64,000 bases of DNA from Candidatus Ventricola sp. (lineage in GTDB: Bacteria; Bacillota; Clostridia; Christensenellales; Aristaeellaceae). Both the position numbers and the translations under genes were made by a program. The notes below the pieces were generated by a model, which had not been told where the DNA came from, made no database searches, and worked only from the letters and a program-made list of their open reading frames with translations. The stretch lies in NCBI GenBank assembly GCA_051883735.1, contig JBJEUH010000077.1, positions 2,043 through 66,042 on the forward strand, read 5' to 3'. This document shows positions 1 through 8,669 of the stretch, piece by piece (position 1 is the first letter of the stretch; each line of letters begins with the position of its first letter).

Positions 1-13
1 GATATTCTCTGTT

Positions 14-1756
14 TCACAGGCGATAGGCTTCCCGCAGCGTCTTCTTGCGCGCGTCGGCCTCATCGAGCATCGTCATCGCGTGGCGGATGCTGCTCTCGCT
101 CTCGCAGTCCGCGCCGCCGACCATGCGCGCGATCTCCTGCGCGCGGCCAAGCCGGTCAAGATGGAGCACCGACGTGCGCGTCACGCCGTTCTCGTCGCTC
201 TTGCTCACCAGGAACTGCTCGTCCGCCATCGCGGCGATCTGCGGCAGATGCGTCACGCAGATGACCTGGTGATGATCGCCGATCTGCGACATCTTCTCCG
301 AAACCACCTGCGCCATGCGGCCGCTGATGCCGGTGTCGATCTCGTCAAACACCATGCTGCGCGGAATGCCCGGCTTCTGCGCCGAGAGGTTCTTGAGCGC
401 CAGCATGATGCGCGAGAGCTCGCCGCCGGAGGCCACGCGCGCCAGCGGCTTCATCGGCTGGCCGAGGTTCGCGCAGAACATCATCTCGATGCGGTCCACG
501 CCCTGCGCGCTGAAGCGGTCGCTCGGGCGCTCGCCCTCCCCCAGCGGCGCAAAGGCCATCGACAGCCGCGCGTTCTTCATGCCCAGATCGTGCAGCTGCG
601 CCTCGATGCTCGTCTCAAAGCGCCGGGCCGCCTCCTGTCTGGCGTGCGTCAGCTGCGTGCAGATCTCCTGCAGGGCGCGGGTGCTGCTCCGGAATTCCTT
701 CTCCAGGCGCTCCATGGCCTCGTCGGAGTCCTCCAGCTCGCCCAGCTCCGCCTCGATTTTGTCGCGGTACCGGATCATCTCGCGCGTCGTCGCGCCGTAT
801 TTGCGGTTGAGCCTGTGCAGCAGATCGAGACGGCTCTCCACGCGCTCGGCTTCCCGTTCGTCGTAGTCCATCTCCTCGCGCAGCGCGCACAGCTCGCCCA
901 CCGCATCCTCGACCTCGTAGCACAGGCCGTCCAGCCGCGCATACACCGCCTCATAGCGGTTGTCGAGCGTCGCCACCGGCGTGAGCGCGCGCACGCCCTC
1001 GCGCAGCAGCTCCACCGCGGAGGACTCCCGCCCGTCCCCGGAATCCAGCAGGCCGCAGGCCTCGTCAAACGCCGCCATGATCTTGCCGGCGTTGCGGTAG
1101 AAGACCTTCTGCCGCTCCAGCTCCTCCTCCTCGTCCGCGACGAGCCGCGCGCTTTTGAGCTCCTCGAGCTGGAAGCGCAGCATGTCGATGCGCTGCTCGC
1201 GCTCGGCCACGCTTTTGCGAAGCCGCGAGAGCTTCTGCGCGCAGGCGCGCCACGCCGCGTACGCCGCGCCGCAGCGCTCCAGCAGCGGATGGATTTCGTC
1301 CGCCGCGTACTCGTCCAGATAGCCGACGTGGTTCCTGCTGTCCAGCAGCAGCTGATGCTCGTGCTGGCCATGGATGTCCAGCAGCTGCGCGGAGACCTGC
1401 CTGAGCGTCTGCAGCGGCACCACCGTGCCGTTGATGCGGCAGATGTTTTTGCCCGCGCTGGTCAGCTCGCGGGAGATCGACGCGGTATCCTCGTCGCCCT
1501 CCAGCTCCAGCCCTGCGAGCATGGCCTTCACCTTCTCGTTGTCGGCGATATCGAACACCGCCTCCACGCGCGCCTTCTGCTTGCCGTTTGCAATCAGGTC
1601 GCGGTCCGCGCGCTCGCCCAGCACCAGGTTGACCGCGTCCACGACGATGGACTTGCCCGCGCCGGTCTCGCCCGTCATCACGTTCATGCCGGGCGCAAAG
1701 TCGATGCTCATGGCGTCAATCAGCGCCAGATTGGAAATGCTCAGCTGCAGCAGCAT
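14..1756 (-). CDS. recN: DNA repair protein RecN
   Basis: Walker A GETGAGKS near the N-terminus, long coiled-coil middle, C-terminal GGELSRIMLA / VFDEIDTGISG ABC-type signature. AGGAGG lies 5 nt upstream of the internal ATG (MLLQLSI), so the start was moved from the TTG at 1783. Confidence 0.95.
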   Translation of the reverse strand: MLLQLSISNLALIDAMSIDFAPGMNVMTGETGAGKSIVVDAVNLVLGERADRDLIANGKQKARVEAVFDIADNEKVKAMLAGLELEGDEDTASISRELTSAGKNICRINGTVVPLQTLRQVSAQLLDIHGQHEHQLLLDSRNHVGYLDEYAADEIHPLLERCGAAYAAWRACAQKLSRLRKSVAEREQRIDMLRFQLEELKSARLVADEEEELERQKVFYRNAGKIMAAFDEACGLLDSGDGRESSAVELLREGVRALTPVATLDNRYEAVYARLDGLCYEVEDAVGELCALREEMDYDEREAERVESRLDLLHRLNRKYGATTREMIRYRDKIEAELGELEDSDEAMERLEKEFRSSTRALQEICTQLTHARQEAARRFETSIEAQLHDLGMKNARLSMAFAPLGEGERPSDRFSAQGVDRIEMMFCANLGQPMKPLARVASGGELSRIMLALKNLSAQKPGIPRSMVFDEIDTGISGRMAQVVSEKMSQIGDHHQVICVTHLPQIAAMADEQFLVSKSDENGVTRTSVLHLDRLGRAQEIARMVGGADCESESSIRHAMTMLDEADARKKTLREAYRL

Positions 1757-1789
1757 AGCCGTCCTCCTGCCCGTTTCCTCCAAGGGAGC

Positions 1790-2239
1790 TCATTTGATGA
1801 CGCCGCGGAAGCGCTTCATCACCGTATCCACTTCTTCATTCGAGCGCACGATCACCAGGATCGTGTTGTCGCCCGCAATCGTGCCGATCGCCTCCGGCCA
1901 CTTGAGGCTGTCGATCGCCTCGGCCGCCACATGCGCGCTGCCCGGCAGCGTGTGGATGACGATCAGGTTGCCCGCGCTGTTGATCTCCACGACGGACTCG
2001 GAGAGCATGCGGATCAGCCTGTCGTTCATGCCGGCGTCGCTCTTTTCCATCGTCGCGTAGCGATAGCTTCCGTCCTCGGCAAGCACCTTGAGCAGATGCA
2101 TTTCGCGGATATCGCGCGAAACGGTGGCCTGCGTGACCACCATGCCGTGCGCGCGCAGCGCCTCGGCCAGCTCCTCCTGAGTCTGAATGCTCTGCGCTTC
2201 CACGATTTCGCGGATCAGCGCCTGACGTTTTGCCTTCAT
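1790..2239 (-). CDS. argR: Arginine repressor ArgR/AhrC
   Basis: 149 aa. Winged-helix N-terminus (QEELAEALRAHGMVVTQATVSRDIREM) and C-terminal oligomerisation/arginine-binding domain (GTIAGDNTILV). Adjacent to recN as in Bacillus. Confidence 0.9.
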   Translation of the reverse strand: MKAKRQALIREIVEAQSIQTQEELAEALRAHGMVVTQATVSRDIREMHLLKVLAEDGSYRYATMEKSDAGMNDRLIRMLSESVVEINSAGNLIVIHTLPGSAHVAAEAIDSLKWPEAIGTIAGDNTILVIVRSNEEVDTVMKRFRGVIK

Positions 2240-2263
2240 AGCGGCCTCCTTTGGTCCCTCGTC

Positions 2264-3148
2264 TCACAAGCTCCACTGCGAAAGCTTGTCCTTCAGCAGC
2301 GAGAAATAATTCTTATTTTCATCAAAGCGGATCAGCAGCGCGTCGTGCGGCGAGCGGATGACGCTGATCTCCTCGTGGTTGCGCATCTCGCAGACCGCCT
2401 GGCCGTCCACCGAGAGCCGGATGCCCTCGCGCATTTCCTTCATGTTGATTTTCAGGCGCACGCGCTCACTCGCGGAGAAAACGATCGGCCGCGAGGTCAG
2501 CGAGTGCGGACAGATCGGACTGAGCACAAAGCATTGCACGTCCGGCGAGACGATCGGGCCGCCGGCGGAGAGCGAATAGGCCGTGGAGCCCGTAGGGCTT
2601 GACAGCACCAGGCCGTCGGCGATGTAGTGATCCACCAGCATGTCGCCCACGAACGCGTCCAGCGCGATCATCCGCTGGGACAGGCCGCGCGACACGGAAA
2701 CCTCGTTGGTCGCGTAGGCCAGGATGCTCTGCCCGCCGCACGTTCCCTCCACGCGCAGCATCATGCGCCGCTCGATGCGGTATTGGCCCGCCCTGAGCAG
2801 GTCCAGCGCCCTGTCCATCTCCTGCGGCTGCGTTTCCAGCAGAAAGCCCATCCGTCCCAGGTTCACGCCCAGCATCGGGATGTTGCAGCACACATAGGAA
2901 TCCAGCGCGCGCAGCACCGTGCCGTCCCCGCCAAAGACCAGGATCAGGTCCGTCTCGCCCGGAACCGGGCGCTCCAGCAGCGTGCTGCCCTGCGTGACGC
3001 CCGGCGCATGCGCCTCAAGCCATGCCTCGTCCTCCCGGAAAAAGCACATCTCCAGGCCGCGCGCGCGGCACAGCTGCGCGCAGCTGCACACCGCCTCCAC
3101 CGCGGAATCCTTGCCCCTGTTGAAGTAAAAGAGAATCCGTCTGATCAA
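2264..3148 (-). CDS. nadK: NAD kinase
   Basis: 294 aa with the GGDGT motif (LILVFGGDGTVLRA) and NAD-kinase C-terminal beta domain. TTG start with an AAGGAGA SD. Confidence 0.9.
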   Translation of the reverse strand: MIRRILFYFNRGKDSAVEAVCSCAQLCRARGLEMCFFREDEAWLEAHAPGVTQGSTLLERPVPGETDLILVFGGDGTVLRALDSYVCCNIPMLGVNLGRMGFLLETQPQEMDRALDLLRAGQYRIERRMMLRVEGTCGGQSILAYATNEVSVSRGLSQRMIALDAFVGDMLVDHYIADGLVLSSPTGSTAYSLSAGGPIVSPDVQCFVLSPICPHSLTSRPIVFSASERVRLKINMKEMREGIRLSVDGQAVCEMRNHEEISVIRSPHDALLIRFDENKNYFSLLKDKLSQWSL

Positions 3149-3165
3149 ATCAGTCGTCTCCTTCT

Positions 3166-3255
3166 GTGATGCAAATCTTTCAGCAAGGCTCCGGCCCGGG
3201 CATCAAGCAGCAAGATTTACATGGTTTGTCGGTGATGCCGCCGGCAGCATGCCGG
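3166..3255 (+). repeat. Intergenic repeat element, copy A (GTGATGCAAATCTTT ... GTGATGCCGCCGGCAGCATGCCGG)
   Basis: About 90 nt in the tlyA-nadK spacer. Both ends match the reverse complement of 38963-39054. The 24-nt end is identical in both copies and contains the hairpin CCGGCA-GCA-TGCCGG. Confidence 0.5.
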
Positions 3256-3270
3256 CTTTGACGGCCGTCC

Positions 3271-4089
3271 TTACGCGTCGTGCAGGCTCTCGTGCGCCGC
3301 TGCGACGACCGCGTCGATCTCCTCCTGCGTCACGCTGTGCGTCGCGCGGGATTTCGGCAGAATGTGCACGAGGAACTCGATGTTGCCCTCCGGCCCCTTG
3401 ATGGGCGAAAAGGACAGCGCCTGCGCCGCCCAGCCTAGGTCGTTTTCGATGAAGGCGAGCACCTCGGCAATCACGTCGCGGTGCACCTGCGCGTCGCGCA
3501 CGACGCCCTTCTTGCCCACGCGGTCGCGCCCCGCCTCAAACTGCGGCTTGATGAGCGAGATGAACGCGCCGTCCTCGCCCATGATGTCCGCCGCCGCCGG
3601 CAGTATCTTGGTGATGGAGATGAAGGACACGTCCATCACGCCCAGCGTCGGGTGCAGCGGCAGATCCTCGCGCTTCAGGTAGCGCGCGTTGGTGCGCTCC
3701 ATCACCGTCACGCGCGGATCGTTGCGCAGCTTCCAATCGAGCTGCCCATAGCCCACGTCGATGGCGTACACATGCGCCGCGCCGTTTTTGAGCAGCACGT
3801 CGGTAAAGCCGCCCGTGGATGCGCCCAGATCCATCGCCACCACGCCGGCGGGGTCCACGCCAAACACGCGGAGGCCCTTCTCCAGCTTCAGCGCGCCGCG
3901 GCTCACATAGCCCGTGCCCGTCTGGCGGACGATCAGCTCGTCCGCTTCCGTCACGGCCACGGAGGCCTTGGTCACCTTGTTCTCTCCGATATAGACCACG
4001 CCGGACATCACCAGCGCCTGCGCCTTCTCGCGGCTCGCGGCCAGGCCGCGCTCCACCAGCGCCACATCCACTCTCTTCTTGTCAGCCAT
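3271..4089 (-). CDS. tlyA: TlyA-family 16S/23S rRNA (cytidine-2'-O)-methyltransferase
   Basis: S4-like N-terminus (KKRVDVALVERGLAASREKAQALV) and FtsJ-type SAM fold (DLGASTGGFTDVLL). The ATG overlaps the dxs stop (ATGGCTGA), so the start was moved to M14 of the ORF. Confidence 0.85.
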   Translation of the reverse strand: MADKKRVDVALVERGLAASREKAQALVMSGVVYIGENKVTKASVAVTEADELIVRQTGTGYVSRGALKLEKGLRVFGVDPAGVVAMDLGASTGGFTDVLLKNGAAHVYAIDVGYGQLDWKLRNDPRVTVMERTNARYLKREDLPLHPTLGVMDVSFISITKILPAAADIMGEDGAFISLIKPQFEAGRDRVGKKGVVRDAQVHRDVIAEVLAFIENDLGWAAQALSFSPIKGPEGNIEFLVHILPKSRATHSVTQEEIDAVVAAAHESLHDA

Positions 4090-5965
4090 CGTTCTTCTCC
4101 GCAAGCGCAAGCTTGATCCTCTGGGCAATCTGCTCCGGCTTCAGGCCGCATTCCTCCAGCAGCTGATCGACCGAGCCATGCGCAATAAAGCGGTTGGGCA
4201 GGCCGAGGATCGCTGCCGGCTCCTGCGCGCCGTGCTGAGCACACAGCCGCGCGATCTCAGCGCCGAAGCCGCCGATCAGCTCGCCCTCCTCGATCGTGAT
4301 GATCCTCGTTTTCCTTTCAAACAGCGTGTGCAGGCACTGCATGTCCATGGGCCGCAGGCTCCAGGCGTCGATCACGCCGATCTGCACGCCCTCCTGCTCC
4401 AGCAGCTGCGCCGCCTGCATCGCGTGCCTCGTCATTCGTCCATAGGCCAGAACCGTCGCGTCCGCGCCCTCGCGCAGCGTCTGCCAGCGCCCCACCTCGG
4501 GCGCCTTGCCGTCAAGCGGCTTGGCATACGGCTCGATGCCATCCTTGGGGTACACGATCACGCACGGGCCGTCGACATAAAGCGAGGCGCGCACCGCAGC
4601 GCGGATATCGTCCGTGTCCCGGGGTGCAAGCAGCGTCAGGTTCGGGATGCTCAGCAGCATCGGCACGCTCAGCACGCCGTGATGCGTCTTGCCGTCGTCG
4701 CCCACCAGCGCCGCATGGTCTGCCAGGATCGTCACCGGCAGGTTCTGCAGGCAGACGTCATGCACAATCTGATCGTATGCGCGCTGCAAAAACGTCGCAT
4801 ACACCGCGAAATACGGCCGCATGCCCGCGCGGGCGAGGCCGGCCGCCATGCTGACGGCATGCTGCTCCGCGATGCCCACGTCAAAGAAGCGATCCGGATA
4901 CTGCCCGGCGAACCCGGCAAGGCCCGTGCCGCCCGCCATCGCGGCGGTGATGGCCACCACGCGCTCATCCTGCGCCGCCATCGCGGTCAGCGCCTTGCCG
5001 GCGGCCTGCGCCGCGCTCTCCCCGGAGGACTGGTTGCGTTTGAGACCGTTCTCCACGCAGAACGGCGCCACGCCGTGGAATTTCTCCGGTTGGCGCTCGG
5101 CCAGATCGTAGCCGTGTCCCTTTTGGGTGATCACATGGATGAGCAGCGGCGTGTCGTCGACCTGCTTGGCCTCCTCGAACACGCGCGTCATCTCGTCGAT
5201 ATTGTGCCCGTCGAACGGGCCCAGATACCGGAAGCCCAGCGCCTCGAACAGCTCGCCCTCCGTCACGACGGACTTGACCATGTCCTTGGCCTTCTCCATC
5301 AGGCTGGCAATCGAAGGACCGATCAGCGGGATGCGCTGCAGGTGATGCTTGATGCGCTTCTTGCCGCCGTACCAGGACGCGCTGGCGCGCAGATGCTTGA
5401 AATACTCCGAGAGCGCGCCGACGTTTTTGGAGATGGACATCTCGTTGTCGTTGAGGATGACGATCAGGCGGTTCTTGCCGTTGCCCGCGTCGTTCATCGC
5501 CTCATAGCACATGCCGCCGGTCAGCGCGCCGTCGCCGACGACCGCCACGACGTGATAGTCCTCGTGCCTGAGATCCCTTGCGCGGGCCAGCCCCAGCGCC
5601 ATGGAGATCGCCGTGGAGGAATGGCCGGTGTCAAACAGATCGTGCTCGCTCTCCGCGCGGCAGGGGAAGCCGCTCATGCCCTTGTAGGAGCGCAGGGTGG
5701 AGAACATCTCCTGCCTGCCGGTGAGCAGCTTGTGCGTGTAAATCTGATGGCCCACGTCAAAGATGATCTTGTCCGTAGGGCTGGAGAATGCGCGGTGCAG
5801 CGCAATGGTCAGCTCCACGTCGCCCAGGTTGGAGGCCAGGTGGCCGCCCTGGCGGGAAACCGTATCGATGATCGTCTGCCTGATCTCCGTAGCGAGCGCC
5901 TCGCACTCGGACACGGACAGCCTTTTGACGTCCTCAGGCCCATGAATTCCGGGCAGAATCGCCAT
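4082..5965 (-). CDS. dxs: 1-deoxy-D-xylulose-5-phosphate synthase
   Basis: About 627 aa. Thiamine-diphosphate motif region (GDGALTGGMCYEAMNDAG ... NDNEMSI) and transketolase-like middle and C-terminal domains. The start is either ATG at 5965 or GTG at 5971, downstream of a GGAGG. Confidence 0.95.
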   Translation of the reverse strand: MAILPGIHGPEDVKRLSVSECEALATEIRQTIIDTVSRQGGHLASNLGDVELTIALHRAFSSPTDKIIFDVGHQIYTHKLLTGRQEMFSTLRSYKGMSGFPCRAESEHDLFDTGHSSTAISMALGLARARDLRHEDYHVVAVVGDGALTGGMCYEAMNDAGNGKNRLIVILNDNEMSISKNVGALSEYFKHLRASASWYGGKKRIKHHLQRIPLIGPSIASLMEKAKDMVKSVVTEGELFEALGFRYLGPFDGHNIDEMTRVFEEAKQVDDTPLLIHVITQKGHGYDLAERQPEKFHGVAPFCVENGLKRNQSSGESAAQAAGKALTAMAAQDERVVAITAAMAGGTGLAGFAGQYPDRFFDVGIAEQHAVSMAAGLARAGMRPYFAVYATFLQRAYDQIVHDVCLQNLPVTILADHAALVGDDGKTHHGVLSVPMLLSIPNLTLLAPRDTDDIRAAVRASLYVDGPCVIVYPKDGIEPYAKPLDGKAPEVGRWQTLREGADATVLAYGRMTRHAMQAAQLLEQEGVQIGVIDAWSLRPMDMQCLHTLFERKTRIITIEEGELIGGFGAEIARLCAQHGAQEPAAILGLPNRFIAHGSVDQLLEECGLKPEQIAQRIKLALAEKNDG

Positions 5966-5967
5966 AT

Positions 5968-6549
5968 TCACAGCGCCTCCTTACGCGTTTTCTTCTTTTG
6001 CTTCGTCTTGTTCTTCTTTTCAAAGACAGCCATGACCCTGCCGACCGTCAGCACAATTTTGTCGCTTTTGGCGATGGCGACACCCTTTCCGTAGGCCTTG
6101 CCGCCGATCATGAACGCGGACGTGAACGCCGTAATCAGCATGGACGCAATCGCGCTTTTCATGCCCAGCGAGACCAGGTACACCGCGATGACCGAGCCGG
6201 CGGAGCCGGAAATGATGCCCACGATGTCGCCCACCACGTCGTTGAGGATGCTCGAGACGCGCTCCGCCTTGCGGATGAGCTGCAGCGCCTGCTTCGCGCC
6301 GAGGATCCGCTTGGAGGCCATGGCGATAAACGGCTGCTCGTCCGCCGAGGTCACCGCCGTGCCGATCACATCGGAGATGATGCCGATCATCACCAGCACA
6401 ATCAGCGAGAGCAGCGCGACCAGCAGCCCCGCAGATTCCACAAACAGGCTCGTCACAAAGGACATCACCACAGAAAGACCAAAGGACAGACAGACGACCG
6501 TCAGGACCCACTTCTGCTTGCTTTGCCTGGTCTTTTCTTTTTTACTCAC
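5968..6549 (-). CDS. oapA: Small 4-TM membrane protein, OLE-associated protein A candidate
   Basis: 193 aa. Lys-rich N- and C-termini and four hydrophobic helices (WVLTVVCLSFGLSVV.., LLVALLSLIVLVMIGI.., GDIVGIISGSAGSVIAVYLV, IASMLITAFTSAFMIGG). It lies immediately downstream of the large non-coding gap and overlaps the dxs start region, the position described for oapA. Confidence 0.65.
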   Translation of the reverse strand: MSKKEKTRQSKQKWVLTVVCLSFGLSVVMSFVTSLFVESAGLLVALLSLIVLVMIGIISDVIGTAVTSADEQPFIAMASKRILGAKQALQLIRKAERVSSILNDVVGDIVGIISGSAGSVIAVYLVSLGMKSAIASMLITAFTSAFMIGGKAYGKGVAIAKSDKIVLTVGRVMAVFEKKNKTKQKKKTRKEAL

Positions 6550-6588
6550 TCAACCTTCACTCCGAAACAGATTTCATTTCGACATTCC

Positions 6589-6614
6589 AAAAAAGCCCAC
6601 GGACATGCGTGGGC
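6589..6614 (-). terminator. Intrinsic terminator at the 3' end of the large ncRNA
   Basis: Minus-strand GCCCACG-CATGTC-CGTGGGC followed by TTTTTT. Confidence 0.55.
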
Positions 6615-7190
6615 GTTTCAATCGATAAATAGGTGGTGATACGACAAATAAACCTTGCGGCATAGGTTCGGTAGGATTTCCCCGCCCGTTACTCCCTGTC
6701 GCCATAGGAGCGGTTTCCCTTGAAAACGGACGTTGCGCCGTTTCCGCGCGCACGACCGAATTACCACTGAGTCCACACTGTAATCTCTGTCATATCCTCA
6801 TCGACAGTCTAGGAGCTTTCCTCGGCAGCGTCGGCTGCCTCCTAGCCTCTTTTGCAGCCGTGGTTTCACACAGCGATCGCGGCGGTTTCCGTGAGCCTTT
6901 GGTCACCGCGCGTTGTTCCATGATCCGCCACAACCACTCAAGGCAGGCTACACTGCAGGCAGCTTGTGTACCACCATGCAGGTTTTCATGATGCCGGTGC
7001 ATCATGCCTCCACGAAAAATGGGTCGAACTCCATCATGCCATTGACGGCCGCCCATAATTCTTACTTCCAGCACCGACCCCCGACTGGGCGTCAGCAGCC
7101 GGTACCAGAAACTTCATCGATATGCCCTTTAACGGATTTTTAGCCCCGTCTTCAGAGGCAACTCTGCTGACTAGAATACTGCACCACCTG
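6595..7190 (-). ncRNA. OLE (ornate large extremophilic) RNA candidate, about 600 nt
   Basis: Only long ORF-free stretch in the window, with lower G+C than its flanks and many local helices. It is delimited by an extended -10 promoter and a terminator. It sits between ispA (+PAP2) and oapA-dxs in the nusB-folD-xseAB-ispA...dxs-tlyA-nadK-argR-recN operon, the published OLE context. No covariance-model search was run. Confidence 0.7.
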
Positions 7191-7196
7191 CATGGT

Positions 7197-7225
7197 ATTA
7201 TACCACACCTGTCAAGTCCGCGCAA
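7197..7225 (-). promoter_or_regulatory. Sigma-A-type promoter for the OLE candidate
   Basis: Minus strand reads TTGCGC-17 nt-(TGg)TATAAT. The -10 is perfect and extended; the -35 is weak. Confidence 0.45.
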
Positions 7226-7256
7226 GCGCTTGTCCCGCCGGTCAATTGGGGCGGCA

Positions 7257-7703
7257 TCATGCCATCAGCGTGCCAATCAGCGTGCCCAGCAGCGCGCCGG
7301 CCAGCACCTGAATCGGCGTATGGCCCACCAGCTCCTTGAGGCGCTTCTCGTCAAACGTATAGCCGTTGCCCGAGAGCATGTCCATCAGCTGATTGATCAC
7401 CGCCGCGTTTTTGCCGGCCGAACGGCGCACGCCCGCCGCGTCGTACATCACGACGCCAGAAAAGCAGAACGCGAGCGCGAAGATCGAGGACGAGAAGCCC
7501 TCATGGAATCCGATCGTCATGAGCATCGCGCAGGTCATGGCCGAATGCGAGCTGGGCATGCCGCCGGAGCCGAGCACGCGCGATTTGTCAAACCGCCTGC
7601 TGATCGCCAGCGTCAGCAGCACCTTCAGCACCTGCGCCGCGGCCCAGCCCACCGCCGCCGCCTGGATCACCCGGTTGCCCAGAATTTCAAGGATTACATC
7701 CAC
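7257..7703 (-). CDS. Divergent PAP2 / acid-phosphatase-related membrane protein (YuiD-like)
   Basis: 148 aa, multi-TM, with the GMPSSHSA and YDAAGVRR motifs typical of the divergent PAP2 family. GTG start with a GGGAGGAA SD. Confidence 0.75.
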   Translation of the reverse strand: MDVILEILGNRVIQAAAVGWAAAQVLKVLLTLAISRRFDKSRVLGSGGMPSSHSAMTCAMLMTIGFHEGFSSSIFALAFCFSGVVMYDAAGVRRSAGKNAAVINQLMDMLSGNGYTFDEKRLKELVGHTPIQVLAGALLGTLIGTLMA

Positions 7704-7754
7704 AGAATGTTCCTCCCGTTTCCCCTCATGGTGTCGTCATATTCCCTTCGCGCG

Positions 7755-8669
7755 TCAGCTCTTGCGCGTGCGCATCTGGGCGGCGAAGCCGTGCATGAAC
7801 GCCGCACGCTCGCCAAAGACGCCGATCGCTTCCTCCGCCTCGTCCCACAGCCGTGCGGAGCGCTCCTTCGCCGCCGCCACGCCCACCAGAGCCGGCCAGG
7901 TCATCTTGCCCCGCTGCGCGTCCATGCCGGTCTGCTTGCCCAGCAGTGCCGCGTCGCCCTCCACGTCCAGCAGATCGTCGTCGATCTGGAACGCGACGCC
8001 CACGCAGGAGCCGAAGCGGCGCAGCGCATCGATCTGCTCCTCGCTCGCGCCCGCGATGTACGCGGCCGCCAGCAGCGGTGCGGTCAGCAGGTCCGCCGTC
8101 TTGTGCATGTGGATGTAGAGCAGGCGCTCCGCGTCCGGCTCCATGTGCTCGCTGAGCAGATCCAGGCTCTGGCCCGCGATCATGCCGCACACGCCCGCGC
8201 GGTTTGCAATCGCCTTTGCCGCGAGCATGTGTCCCCGCAGGTTTTCCGGGTACATAGCCGCGTTGGCGAGCAGGCACTCGTACGCGTAGTTGAGCAGGCC
8301 GTCGCCTGCCAGGATCGCGTGGCCCACGCCGTAGACCTTGTGGTTCGTCAGGCGGCCGCGGCGATAGTCGTCGTTGTCCATGCCCGGCAGGTCGTCGTGG
8401 ATCAGCGAATAGGTGTGAATCATCTCCAGCGCCGCCGCCGGCGTCTTTGCCTGCTCGATGTCGCCGCCCAGCATCTCGCACGCGGCCAGCAGCAGCACCG
8501 GGCGGATGCGCTTGCCGCCCGCCAGCAGGCTGTATCGCATGGATTCGCACAGGTGCTTGGGAATCACGCCCGCCTGCGTCGGGCAAACCGCGTCCGTCAT
8601 GGGCAGGAGCCTTTCAAGCGTCTCCTCCACCATGCCGGCATAGCGGCTGTACTGCTCATGATACGCCAT
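7755..8669 (-). CDS. ispA: Farnesyl diphosphate synthase (polyprenyl synthetase)
   Basis: First and second Asp-rich motifs (LIHDDLPGMDNDDYRRG; FQIDDDLLD). Start placed at the ATG (MAYHEQ) 7 nt after GAGGAG, inside the xseB 3' end. Confidence 0.9.
   Translation of the reverse strand: MAYHEQYSRYAGMVEETLERLLPMTDAVCPTQAGVIPKHLCESMRYSLLAGGKRIRPVLLLAACEMLGGDIEQAKTPAAALEMIHTYSLIHDDLPGMDNDDYRRGRLTNHKVYGVGHAILAGDGLLNYAYECLLANAAMYPENLRGHMLAAKAIANRAGVCGMIAGQSLDLLSEHMEPDAERLLYIHMHKTADLLTAPLLAAAYIAGASEEQIDALRRFGSCVGVAFQIDDDLLDVEGDAALLGKQTGMDAQRGKMTWPALVGVAAAKERSARLWDEAEEAIGVFGERAAFMHGFAAQMRTRKS

Noticed and set aside
6620-6700. Possibility that the gap encodes tmRNA (a TGGTG... stretch resembles an inverted CCA end).
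   Set aside because: There is no GGGG...GGTTCGA acceptor or T-arm pairing and no tag reading frame. The length (~600 nt) and the genomic context fit OLE, not ssrA.
6790-7225. Small ORFs of 63-94 aa inside the large non-coding gap.
   Set aside because: They have no SD, odd composition and mutually overlapping frames. The region is better explained as a structured RNA.
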